Source of the DNA: Candidatus Palauibacter rhopaloidicola
Lineage (GTDB): Bacteria > Gemmatimonadota > Gemmatimonadetes > Palauibacterales > Palauibacteraceae
Direction: 5' to 3'
DNA length: 64,000 bases
Assembly: GCA_026914155.1 (NCBI GenBank)
Contig: JAPPGH010000020.1
Coordinates: forward strand, 1,068 to 65,067
In this document: positions 18,340-26,739 of the stretch, piece after piece
How the letters are laid out: each line of letters opens with the position of its first letter
Position numbering within the stretch: position 1 is the stretch's first letter
Position numbers and translations under genes: made by a program
The notes under the pieces: model-generated
What the model was told of the DNA's origin: nothing
Seen by the model: the letters and a program-made list of their open reading frames with translations, nothing else
Databases searched by the model: none

Positions 18340-19662
18340 ATGTCCGTCATCGCTTCCGTCATCGCTTCCGTTATCGCTTCTGTCATCGCTTCAGCGGCTA
18401 CCGCGTCCCGACGCTCCAGACTCGCCTGCTGCGCGGGGGTGCTGTTCGCCTGCCTGGCCTCCCCGTCGGCGGTGGCCGGCCAGAGCGAGACGATCGCCTT
18501 CACCGGCGCCTCGGTGATCGATCCGGCGACTTCCGGCGTCCTCTCGAACGCGACGGTCGTCGTGCGGGAGGGGGTCATCGTTTCCGTGGCGGCGGGGGGC
18601 GAAACACCCGCCGCGGCGCGCGCGATCGACCTCGGCGGCCGCTACCTCGTCCCGGGCCTCATCGACGCCCATGTCCACATCGGGACGCTCGAGGCGGCGC
18701 GCCGGGCGCTGCTCTCCGGAGTCACGACGGCGCGCAGCATGGGGGCGGGATTCTTTGCCGATGTCGGCCTGCGGGAACTGTCCCGGCGCGGGAGCCTTGC
18801 GGGTCCGGAGATCCTTGCGGCCGGCTACCATGTGCGGCCCCGTCCGGCCGAGGGACTCTTCCTGGATGAGCCGGGTCTCAGCGATCTCCTGGGACGCGAC
18901 GTGCGCGGCCCCGAGGCGATGGGCCGGGTGGCGCGCGCGATGCTCGATCGCGGCGTGGATTTCATCAAGGTCAACGCCACCGAACGCGCAGGCCTGCCGG
19001 AAACCGACCCCCGCAAGCCGTTCTTCACGGAGACCGAACTGTCGGCGCTGGTCGCGGAGGCCTCGCGCGGCGGCGTCCCCGTAGCCGCGCACGCGCACGG
19101 CGACCGCGGCGGCCGGGCCGCAGTCGCGGCGGGCGTGCGGAGCATCGAACACGGGACGTATCTGCGCGACGAAACGCTCCGCCTCATGCGGGAGCGGGGC
19201 ACCTACCTGGTGCCGACGATCGCCGTCGTGTCCGATCTCACGGTCCCCGGCGGCGACTACGACGATCCGGTGCTCCAGGTGCGCGGACGGCACATGCTCC
19301 CGCGCGTCCGGGAGACGGCGGCGGCGGCCCATGCGCTCGGCGTGCCGCTCGTCGCCGCCACGGACACCGGCTACGGGTCCGCGAGCGTCCTCCGCATGAG
19401 CCACGAACTGATGGAATTCGTGGGCATCGGGATGAGCGAACTCGATGCGATCCGGGCCGCGACCACGGTTGCGGCGGAGTTGCTCGGCGTCGGGGACCGA
19501 ACGGGACGGGTCGCGGCGGGGTTCGAGGCGGATCTCCTCGTCCTCGACCGCAACCCGCTCGACGACATCGGACAGTATCAGGATGTGCTGTTCGTGATGA
19601 GCGACGGCGTGATCGCGCTCGACCGGCTCGACTTCCGGACGGAAGCGATCCGGACGCCATGA
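18340..19662 (+). CDS. secreted metal-dependent amidohydrolase (Xaa-Pro dipeptidase / imidazolonepropionase-like)
   Basis: GGGAGG SD 7 nt upstream of the ATG at 18340. GLIDAHVHIG metal motif and AHAHG. It lies inside the spurious 16375..19662 ORF, in the same frame. Confidence 0.8.
   Translation: MSVIASVIASVIASVIASAATASRRSRLACCAGVLFACLASPSAVAGQSETIAFTGASVIDPATSGVLSNATVVVREGVIVSVAAGGETPAAARAIDLGGRYLVPGLIDAHVHIGTLEAARRALLSGVTTARSMGAGFFADVGLRELSRRGSLAGPEILAAGYHVRPRPAEGLFLDEPGLSDLLGRDVRGPEAMGRVARAMLDRGVDFIKVNATERAGLPETDPRKPFFTETELSALVAEASRGGVPVAAHAHGDRGGRAAVAAGVRSIEHGTYLRDETLRLMRERGTYLVPTIAVVSDLTVPGGDYDDPVLQVRGRHMLPRVRETAAAAHALGVPLVAATDTGYGSASVLRMSHELMEFVGIGMSELDAIRAATTVAAELLGVGDRTGRVAAGFEADLLVLDRNPLDDIGQYQDVLFVMSDGVIALDRLDFRTEAIRTP
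18346..18393 (+). repeat. 4 x 12-bp in-frame tandem repeat (VIAS)4 at codons 3-18 of the amidohydrolase
   Basis: The four units are GTCATCGCTTCC, GTCATCGCTTCC, GTTATCGCTTCT and GTCATCGCTTCA. Confidence 0.9.
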
Positions 19663-21092
19663 GCGAGGTCGGACCACTGGCGTACCTGGCGCTCCTCGCG
19701 CTCCTCGCCCCCTTCGGAGCGCATCGGCTGCGCCTGCTCTGGCTGCGGATGCGCCGGCCCGCCCGGGTGGAAGCGCGCGCCTGGGAGGGCGCGCTCCCGG
19801 TCGTCACGGTACAACTGCCCGTCTTCAACGAAGCCAACGTCGTCGAACGGCTCATCGACGCCGCCTGCCGTCTGCGCTATCCGGCGGACCGCCTCGAAAT
19901 CCAGTTGCTCGACGATTCGGACGACGAGACGGTGGCGATCGCGGCGCGGCGGGTGCGCGAATGGCGGGCCCGCGGGATCGACATCCGGCATGTGCGGCGG
20001 CGATCCCGCGAGGGGTACAAGGCCGGCGCGCTCGCCCACGGCGTATCCCTCGCCCGCGGCGACTTCCTGCTCGTGCTGGACGCGGATTTCGTTCCGCCTC
20101 CGGAGTTGATCCGGGAGTTGCTCCCCCCGTTCGCGGACCCCGGCGTGGGGGCGGTGCAGGCGGCCTGGGATCACCTCTCCCCCGATGCGAGCTGGCTGAC
20201 GCGAGCCCAGGCGCTCTTCCTCGACGCGCACTTCGCGATCGAGCACGAGGCGCGATACCGCGCCGGCCTCTTCTTCAACTTCAACGGCTCCGGCGGAATG
20301 TGGCGCAAGGCGTGCGTGCAGGCGGCGGGGGGTTGGCAGAGCGACACCCTGACCGAGGATGTCGACCTCAGCTACCGCGCCCAGCTCGCGGGCTGGCGTT
20401 TCGTCTACCGGGACGACGTCCGGGTCCCCGCCGAGCTGCCGGCGAATCTGCGCGCGGTGGAGATCCAGCAGAGCCGGTGGACGCAGGGCGGCATCCAGAG
20501 CGCACGGAAGCTCCTGCCACGAATCTGGCGCGCCCCCGTGCCGGCGGCGATCAAGTTCGAGGCGACGGCCCATCTCGTGGGACACGTCGTGCACCCGCTG
20601 ACGCTCACGATGGCGGCGGCGCTCGCGGGGGCCGGGTGGGCGACGGCAACCGGCTTCGGCCTCCCGGCCGCCGTTCACGTCGGCGCCGTGCTCCTCGCCA
20701 CCGTCCCGTTTTTGCTCTTCTACGGGTCCGCGGGGTGGATCCGCGGGCGCCGGCGACTCGGGCGCCGCATCGTCGAAGCGCTGCTCCTCGGGCTGGGGCT
20801 CGGCGTGCCCCTCACCTTCGCCGTCGCGCGGGCCTGCCGCGGGACCCGGACCCCCTTCGTCCGCACGCCGAAACGCGGCTTCGATCCCGTCGTGGCGTAC
20901 CGGGTCCGGCTCTCGAGCGGGCCCGCGCTGCTGCGCCTGGCGCTCGCCGCGGCGCTCGCCGGCGCCGTCGTGAACACGGCGCTCGTCGGATCACCCGCCG
21001 TCCTGCCCTTCACCGCCCTCTTCGCCGCGGGCTACGCCCTCACCTCGCGCGAATCCCTGCGAACCCCGCCCGCGCCAGCCATCCCAGGCTAG
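19659..21092 (+). CDS. processive family 2 glycosyltransferase (cellulose-synthase-like / CslA-type) with C-terminal TM helices
   Basis: PVFNE, DDSDD, LDADF, TEDVDLS and QQSRW motifs. Its ATG overlaps the amidohydrolase stop as ATGA. Confidence 0.8.
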   Translation: MSEVGPLAYLALLALLAPFGAHRLRLLWLRMRRPARVEARAWEGALPVVTVQLPVFNEANVVERLIDAACRLRYPADRLEIQLLDDSDDETVAIAARRVREWRARGIDIRHVRRRSREGYKAGALAHGVSLARGDFLLVLDADFVPPPELIRELLPPFADPGVGAVQAAWDHLSPDASWLTRAQALFLDAHFAIEHEARYRAGLFFNFNGSGGMWRKACVQAAGGWQSDTLTEDVDLSYRAQLAGWRFVYRDDVRVPAELPANLRAVEIQQSRWTQGGIQSARKLLPRIWRAPVPAAIKFEATAHLVGHVVHPLTLTMAAALAGAGWATATGFGLPAAVHVGAVLLATVPFLLFYGSAGWIRGRRRLGRRIVEALLLGLGLGVPLTFAVARACRGTRTPFVRTPKRGFDPVVAYRVRLSSGPALLRLALAAALAGAVVNTALVGSPAVLPFTALFAAGYALTSRESLRTPPAPAIPG

Positions 21093-22340
21093 GAGGGCCA
21101 GCGGCGGCCCGTGGATCAGCCACGTCAGCCAGGCGGGTTCCGGCCACGCTCCCGTCGCGAGATAGGCATCCCTCCCGGCGTAGGCGAGAAACACGGTTCC
21201 GCTGAACAGAAGCCATCCCCGGCTCGCCGAGAGGCAGGCGAAGGGGAGTACCCACAGCAGGTACCACGGGTGGAGCGTCGGGGAGAGGAGGAAGGCGGCT
21301 CCGATCGTCCACAGGAGGACGCGCTCCAGCGGCCAGCGGTGGAGCGCGGCGCGCAGCGCGATGGCGCCGACGATCGACGCGCCGATCCACTTCCCGAGAT
21401 CAGGGTGCCCCGGCAGCCGTTCAAGCACCCGGTAGAGGCCGCCGTTGAACGCCCAGAGGTCCGCGTAGGTCCGCAGACCGTCGAAGAGGGCCGGCCCCGC
21501 GCCGACGTAGGGCGCATAGAGAAGGACGGGGACGAGGACGGCGGCGGCGAGCGCCCCGGGGCCGCGCAGCCGGAAGAGAGCCGGGAGCGCCGCGAGAGGC
21601 GCGAACTTCACGGCCGCGCCGAGCCCCAGGAGGGCGCCGGACCGCCACGCCGGGACCGCCGCGCTGCCGGCCAGCGCCACGGCGCCCAGCATGGGCGCGA
21701 CCCCGAGCGGATCCAGGTGCCCGCTCCAGGCCACTTCGATGACGACGAGCGGAGACAAGAGATAGAGCGCGAGCGGGAGCACGCTCCCGCCGGACGAAAG
21801 CCTGTCGATGAGTCGCGCGACCAGCAGATCGGCCGCGAGCCACCCCAGCTTGAAGATCCACCACGCGGGGCCGGCCGAGGCCAGGAGCGCGAATACGATC
21901 TGAGCCCCCGGCGGGTAGATCGTGGGCACGTCCGCGTGATTGATGAGCGGCCACCACGCGGTGCGCAGCTCTTCGAGCGCCGTCGCCGAGGGGGGATGCG
22001 CGTAGGGATTCACGCCGCTGGACTGAACCCAGCCGTCCCACATGTACCGGTAGACGTCCTCGGAAAGGGTGGGCGCCGAGGGAAAGACGCCCGCTCGGAG
22101 GGCGATCCCGGCGGTCCAGATGTGCCGGCGGACCGAACCCGTCCGGCGCGGCGCGGCAGCGTAACGGGCCGCGCCGAGATAGGCCGCGAACGCCGCGACC
22201 CACAGCGGAATCGCCGGCCACGGAGTGCCGGACCCACCCCAGGCCATGCCCCAGAGCGCCGCCGCCTCGACGGCCACGAGCAGCCAGAGCCAGCCTGGCC
22301 GGCCTGCGCCTGTGTCAGCGGGTGACCCCGCCGACGTCAC
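20991..22340 (-). CDS. GT-C-type polytopic membrane glycosyltransferase (GT87/DUF2029 or PIG-M-like mannosyltransferase family, tentative)
   Basis: More than 10 hydrophobic helices. The first-loop acidic motif SEDVYRYMWDGWVQSSGVNPY is typical of polyprenyl-phosphate-sugar-dependent GT-C enzymes. The GTG at 22340 overlaps the upstream gene's stop as GTGA. The remainder of ORF 20991..22586 is out of context. Confidence 0.65.
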   Translation of the reverse strand: MTSAGSPADTGAGRPGWLWLLVAVEAAALWGMAWGGSGTPWPAIPLWVAAFAAYLGAARYAAAPRRTGSVRRHIWTAGIALRAGVFPSAPTLSEDVYRYMWDGWVQSSGVNPYAHPPSATALEELRTAWWPLINHADVPTIYPPGAQIVFALLASAGPAWWIFKLGWLAADLLVARLIDRLSSGGSVLPLALYLLSPLVVIEVAWSGHLDPLGVAPMLGAVALAGSAAVPAWRSGALLGLGAAVKFAPLAALPALFRLRGPGALAAAVLVPVLLYAPYVGAGPALFDGLRTYADLWAFNGGLYRVLERLPGHPDLGKWIGASIVGAIALRAALHRWPLERVLLWTIGAAFLLSPTLHPWYLLWVLPFACLSASRGWLLFSGTVFLAYAGRDAYLATGAWPEPAWLTWLIHGPPLALLAWDGWRGRGSQGFARGEGVARGEEGGEGQDGG

Positions 22341-22648
22341 CGCCTGGCCGAACTGAAGAGCTGTCGCAACATGGGCTCGGGGAGTTCGACGGCCCTCTCC
22401 ACGACGCGCGCCACCGTTTCCTCCATGATCACCGGGGCCGTGTCGTATTTCTCGTCGTCGAGCCGAAAGGAGAGCCAGCCCCGCACGAGGTCGTCGGCGA
22501 CCGGTTCGGCGATGACGAGGATCTTCCAGCGGCGTTCCCCGTCGTCGAGGCTGCCGATGGCGGTCTCCTGGCCGGCTTCGTCCCACATCCGCAGTTGGGG
22601 GCGTCCTTCTTCGGTGCTGTCGGCTGCGTCGTACTGATCGTCAGGCAT
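22337..22648 (-). CDS. hypothetical acidic protein (103 aa), no family recognised
   Basis: The ATG at 22648 is preceded by a GGAGGA SD. Sequence MPDDQYDAADSTEEGRPQLRMWDEAG...ILVIAEPVADDLVRGWLSFRLDDEKYD. Coding-like GC3. Translationally coupled to the GT-C gene. Confidence 0.6.
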   Translation of the reverse strand: MPDDQYDAADSTEEGRPQLRMWDEAGQETAIGSLDDGERRWKILVIAEPVADDLVRGWLSFRLDDEKYDTAPVIMEETVARVVERAVELPEPMLRQLFSSARR

Positions 22649-22671
22649 CCGTCCTCCGATTCGACCGCGAT

Positions 22672-23073
22672 TCAATCGGTCTCCGCGGCCTCCTCCTCCG
22701 AACGCTGCCGCCACAGGCCCATCAGGTATGCTTCATACTCTTCAGGGGCAGCTTCGTAGTCGCGGCGCCAGGTCTCGAAATCGGGTAACGGCACGCTCTC
22801 CCGGAGTCGCTTGGTCGCGAGTCGGACCATCGTCTGGAACCCCAGCCGCTCCTGGCCGAACGCCTGCGCCCGGGCTTCCTCCTCCACGATCTCGTAGATG
22901 CGCTCTTCGGACAGGGAAAGGAAAACTTCGGTGAGTTGAGCCGAGCAGTAGTCGGCGTATTTGGCCCGCAGAACGCCTTCGTCGGACTCCGATCCCCTCT
23001 CGGCATCCCGACCGGGCGCTGGACGCTCCGTATCGGAGGACACGGCTATACTCGGCTCGCAATCGCTGGCCAA
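22672..23073 (-). CDS. hypothetical acidic protein (133 aa), no family recognised
   Basis: The TTG at 23073 has a GGAGG 7 nt upstream; an alternative GTG lies at 23043. The helical-looking core YADYCSAQLTEVFLSLSEERIYEIVEEEARAQAFGQERLGF has coding-like codon usage. Confidence 0.55.
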   Translation of the reverse strand: MASDCEPSIAVSSDTERPAPGRDAERGSESDEGVLRAKYADYCSAQLTEVFLSLSEERIYEIVEEEARAQAFGQERLGFQTMVRLATKRLRESVPLPDFETWRRDYEAAPEEYEAYLMGLWRQRSEEEAAETD

Positions 23074-23219
23074 CCCCTCACCTCCCCGCTCACCACTCCC
23101 TGCGCGATTTAGCCCCGGGTGGGACGGGCGTCAACGGTTGGCAGGCCCCGGCAAGAGCCCCGCTGCGGCCGTGGTCCGCGACCGGACCCTCGCCGACGCA
23201 GGCTCGTCCGCGGTTTCTC

Positions 23220-23402
23220 TCAGCGGTGTCTCGAGGCGGGAGTTTTGAGTTCTTCGAAGATGATTCGGCGGGCCAGAACATACTGTATGGCACGCTCGAG
23301 GAACTCGGGATCTCGCTGGCGCACGGCCTCCACATCGGCAGCAAGCTCCTTGGGAAGATCCACGACGACGTTGACGAGGCTACAGTCGGATGATGCCATC
23401 AT
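23220..23402 (-). CDS. possible small ribbon-helix-helix/antitoxin-like protein (60 aa)
   Basis: MMASSDCSLVNVVVDLPKELAADVEAVRQRDPEFLERAIQYVLARRIIFEEL has a beta-strand-then-two-helix pattern. Many codons end in A/T, unlike its neighbours. It is the C-terminal part of track ORF 23220..23588. Confidence 0.35.
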   Translation of the reverse strand: MMASSDCSLVNVVVDLPKELAADVEAVRQRDPEFLERAIQYVLARRIIFEELKTPASRHR

Positions 23403-24021
23403 AGTCAGGGGCACACTCGCAAAAAAATTCGAGGGTTTCGCTCTCTGTATCCGAACGGACGCCGGAGGTCCGCGGCAATCAGGGGCCGTGCATTTCCCGT
23501 CGCGCTTTGAGGATAGGATCAACGCTCCCGCCCCTGCAAGCGGACGACCCGTTCGCCCGGGGATCGGCGGATTGTGTAATGAGGCCATAACAAGTTGTAC
23601 AGTTGCATGTTACGTGACTGTTGAATGATCGTCCAAAACTGCCGATCACGTGTGGATTGTGCCGCTAATCCACGGCGCGGCGGCGGCGCGCGCATGCGGC
23701 GTTCATGCATGTTACACGCGGTGATGAACGGGCTGTGGCGGCGACCCGAAAGGATCGGCGCGCGCAGGATTTTTTTCAGAAAATATGGATTGCCGCCGAT
23801 ACGCGGCCCGCTCGCCGGCTGCGTCGCCGTTGGGGGTCCGGCAGCCGTGGCGAGCCCCGCTGCGGCGGCGTTCGAGAGGCGCGGACGGAGGGGTTTTTCA
23901 CCTGCGGCTGGAAGGCGCTGGACCGTGCGACCCGGGGGGCGGGCGGCTATGCTGTGCGCTCCACCTCCCGCGGGGCGTCCGCGACGCGGGGATGGCCCTG
24001 TAACGGACGACAAACGGAGGG

Positions 24022-24831
24022 ATGCGAGTGACGGATTCTGCGCCTGGCGCGTTGATCCTCGGGGCTTCGAGCGGCTTTGGCGAAGCGGCTGCGCTGGCGT
24101 TCGCCGAAGCCGGTTACGACATCTACGGGGTGCACCTGGACCGAAGAGCGGGACTCGCCCACGTCGGGGAGGTCCGGGCGCTGATCGAGTCACGCGGCCG
24201 GCGCGCGCTGTTCTTCAACGGGAACGCGGCCTCCGCGAAGAAGCGCGACAGGGTGCTGGACGAAATCGCGGCGGGCGCCGAACCGGGTTCCGTCCGCGTG
24301 CTGATGCACTCGCTGGCTTTCGGAACGCTGCGCCCCTTCGTGCCCGATGACGCTCCCGGGATGAGTCCCGAACAGATGAACATGACGCTGGACGTGATGG
24401 CCCATACGCTGGTCTACTGGACCCAGGGGCTGCTCGAGCGCGGGCTGATGAGCGAGGGCGGCCGGATCTTCGCCATGACCTCCTCCGGCGGCGACCGCGT
24501 GATCCCTTCCTACGGGGCCGTCTCCGCAGCCAAGGCCGCGCTCGAATCGCACTGCCGTCAACTCGCGCTCGAACTCGCCGCGAAAGGCATCACCGTCAAC
24601 GCGATCCGCGCCGGCGTGACCGATACGCCCGCGCTTCGCAAGATCCCCGGCGCCGAACACATGATCGCCGAAGCCGCGGCCCAGAACCCCCACGGGCGAC
24701 TCGGAACCCCGGAAGACGTGGCGCGCTGCATGGTCGCGCTCGCCGCGCCGGACACGGGGTGGATGACGGGAAACACGATCCGGGTGGACGGAGGCGAAGA
24801 CTTCGTCGGCTCCCGGCCGCCGGGAGACTAG
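24022..24831 (+). CDS. short-chain dehydrogenase/reductase (SDR) family oxidoreductase
   Basis: GGAGGG SD directly upstream of the ATG. GASSGFG dinucleotide motif, YGAVSAAK catalytic Tyr-x3-Lys, and the C-terminal GNTIRVDGG. Confidence 0.8.
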   Translation: MRVTDSAPGALILGASSGFGEAAALAFAEAGYDIYGVHLDRRAGLAHVGEVRALIESRGRRALFFNGNAASAKKRDRVLDEIAAGAEPGSVRVLMHSLAFGTLRPFVPDDAPGMSPEQMNMTLDVMAHTLVYWTQGLLERGLMSEGGRIFAMTSSGGDRVIPSYGAVSAAKAALESHCRQLALELAAKGITVNAIRAGVTDTPALRKIPGAEHMIAEAAAQNPHGRLGTPEDVARCMVALAAPDTGWMTGNTIRVDGGEDFVGSRPPGD

Positions 24832-24835
24832 CCAG

Positions 24836-25054
24836 GTGGACGCCCGGCGGCTGGCCGGCCCGGCGGCGGAGGTGGCCCGCGAGATCGTCGCCGACGAGGT
24901 GGAGTACTGGCGGAGCGAGATCACCCGACCCTGGCGGACCGGACGGCCCGGGCGCTGGGCGGAGGTCGGCCGCTGGATCGGGACCGGCCTCGCGGTGGGA
25001 GCGGCGGTGTGGGGCGTGATCGCCGCGGTCCAGGCGGAGCGCTACCGGGACTGA
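24836..25054 (+). CDS. hypothetical small membrane-anchored protein (72 aa)
   Basis: GTG start 5 nt after the SDR stop. One C-terminal TM helix (WIGTGLAVGAAVWGVIAAV). No family recognised. Confidence 0.3.
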   Translation: MDARRLAGPAAEVAREIVADEVEYWRSEITRPWRTGRPGRWAEVGRWIGTGLAVGAAVWGVIAAVQAERYRD

Positions 25055-25085
25055 GGGTCGCGATGCCGCCCCGTCGCGGCTCGCG

Positions 25086-26588
25086 TCAGTTGCCGGGCAG
25101 GGTGAGGACGATCTCGATCCGGCGGTTCCGGGCGCGTCCCTCCTCCGTCTCGTTGCTCGCGATCGGGCGTTCCTCGCCGAGGCCGGTGGCCTCGACCCGC
25201 GAGGACGGGATGGGCACCCGGGCGAGCAGGTGCTCGCGCACGGCGATGGCCCGCTGCTGACTCAGCGCCTGGTTCCCGCGCGTCCCGCCCTGCGCGTCGG
25301 TGTGCCCCTCGATCCGCAGGGTGGCCCCGGGAAAGGTCGTGATGACGCGCTGGACCTTGGTGAGCAGGGGGTACAGCGCCTCGTCGATCTCGGCCCGGGC
25401 GGGCTCGAAGGTGAGGCCGAACAGCCGGAGCACGAGCCGGTCCCCGGCGAGCAGGACTTCCCCCTCCGAAGGGGTGAAGAGGCCCTGCACTTCGCGCAGC
25501 CGCGCCTCCCGCTCGCGGACCGCGAGCAACTCGTCCCGGGCTCCCGTGAAGCGGCGTTCGAACTCGGCTAGGCGGTCCTCCAGCGAGGCGAGCCGGCTGC
25601 CGAGCTCCGACGTCCGCGCGCGTTCGTCCGCCAACTCGGCGCCCAGCCGCTCGTTGTCCGCCGCGAGCCGTGAGATGGCCTCCGCGATGCGGGCGGTCGT
25701 TTCGCCGGCGTCGCTCCGGAGGGGCTCCACTTCCGCGGCTTCCGCAAGGTGGGCGAGGTCCGCCTCGTGCCCGTCGAGCAGGCGTTCGACCGTCACATGG
25801 CGCCGACGCACGCTGTCGAACAGGGCGGCGATGCGGTGCGCGCGGGAAAAGGCGGCGAAGGCGGCTTCTCCGGCCCGCGCCGGCCCCTCCACCGGGGCGA
25901 GGTCCTCGATCTCCGCTTCCGCGCTGGCCAGGTGCGACTCGCCCGCCGCGAAAGCGTTCGGGGCCAACTCGCTCGCGCCCGCGTTCATGGCGGCGGCCCG
26001 CGCCTGGATCGCCGCTCCCAGAAACTCGTCGCGCCGCGCGGAACGGGTGGCCCGCCGGTAGAGGACCGTCGCGCGGCTCACCCGCACGGCGACATCTTCC
26101 ATGTCCTCGCGTTCCAGGCGGCGCCCGGCCGTCTGCAGTTCGGATTCGGCTCTCGCCCACCCTTCGACCGCCCGCGTCCCGGCTTCGGAGGCGCGGGCTT
26201 CGTCACGGGCGGCGAGCGCCTCGCGGAAGTGCGGCTGGCCCGCGGCCGCGATCCCCTCCGCCTGGGCGAGCCAGCGCGCGGCTTCGTCCAGCAGCTCCTC
26301 GAACCGCGCGTCCCGACGGCCATCCCGGAGGCGGCGCGCCGCGTCTTCCAGCCGGTCCTCGGCCTCCCGGAACGAAGACGGCGCGAGGAGGTGGATCGCG
26401 TTCTCGCGCGCCTGGTCGAGGCGGGCTTCGAGGGTCCGCAGCGAATCGACGCCTCCCTGGGCGGCGCCCGGATCCGGGCACAGGAAGAGGCACGCGACGA
26501 GTACGGCCTCGACGAGTCCGCCGAGCCGTCGCCGGCCCGTCTGCCGCGGGCGCGACCGGGCCGGGAGCCTCTGCCTGACAAACGCCAT
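25086..26588 (-). CDS. OmpA-family protein with long N-terminal helical/coiled-coil region (DUF4398-like)
   Basis: ATG at 26588 followed by a signal-like segment. C-terminal OmpA_C block: LRIEGHTDAQGG...NQALSQQRA...NRRIEIVL. Confidence 0.8.
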   Translation of the reverse strand: MAFVRQRLPARSRPRQTGRRRLGGLVEAVLVACLFLCPDPGAAQGGVDSLRTLEARLDQARENAIHLLAPSSFREAEDRLEDAARRLRDGRRDARFEELLDEAARWLAQAEGIAAAGQPHFREALAARDEARASEAGTRAVEGWARAESELQTAGRRLEREDMEDVAVRVSRATVLYRRATRSARRDEFLGAAIQARAAAMNAGASELAPNAFAAGESHLASAEAEIEDLAPVEGPARAGEAAFAAFSRAHRIAALFDSVRRRHVTVERLLDGHEADLAHLAEAAEVEPLRSDAGETTARIAEAISRLAADNERLGAELADERARTSELGSRLASLEDRLAEFERRFTGARDELLAVREREARLREVQGLFTPSEGEVLLAGDRLVLRLFGLTFEPARAEIDEALYPLLTKVQRVITTFPGATLRIEGHTDAQGGTRGNQALSQQRAIAVREHLLARVPIPSSRVEATGLGEERPIASNETEEGRARNRRIEIVLTLPGN

Positions 26589-26739
26589 GTCTTCCGTGCT
26601 CTTCCTCGTCGGCAACCAAACGAATCCGGCGCGATTCCACTGCACGATACGAAGGGCACCGGGCACCTTTCAATCTCACTCCCCGGCCGCCAGATTGCGC
26701 CTCCCTTCGCGAAACATATTCACCCAGGGGGATCCCTTC

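Noticed and set aside
23119-24350. ORFs 23119..23628(+), 23519..24193(-), 23625..24350(+), 23705..24031(+) and 23785..24003(+) across the long spacer.
   Set aside because: Their translations are Arg/Pro/Gly-rich with no motifs and no SD, and they are mutually overlapping. I treat the region as non-coding, apart from the possible 60-aa RHH-like ORF.
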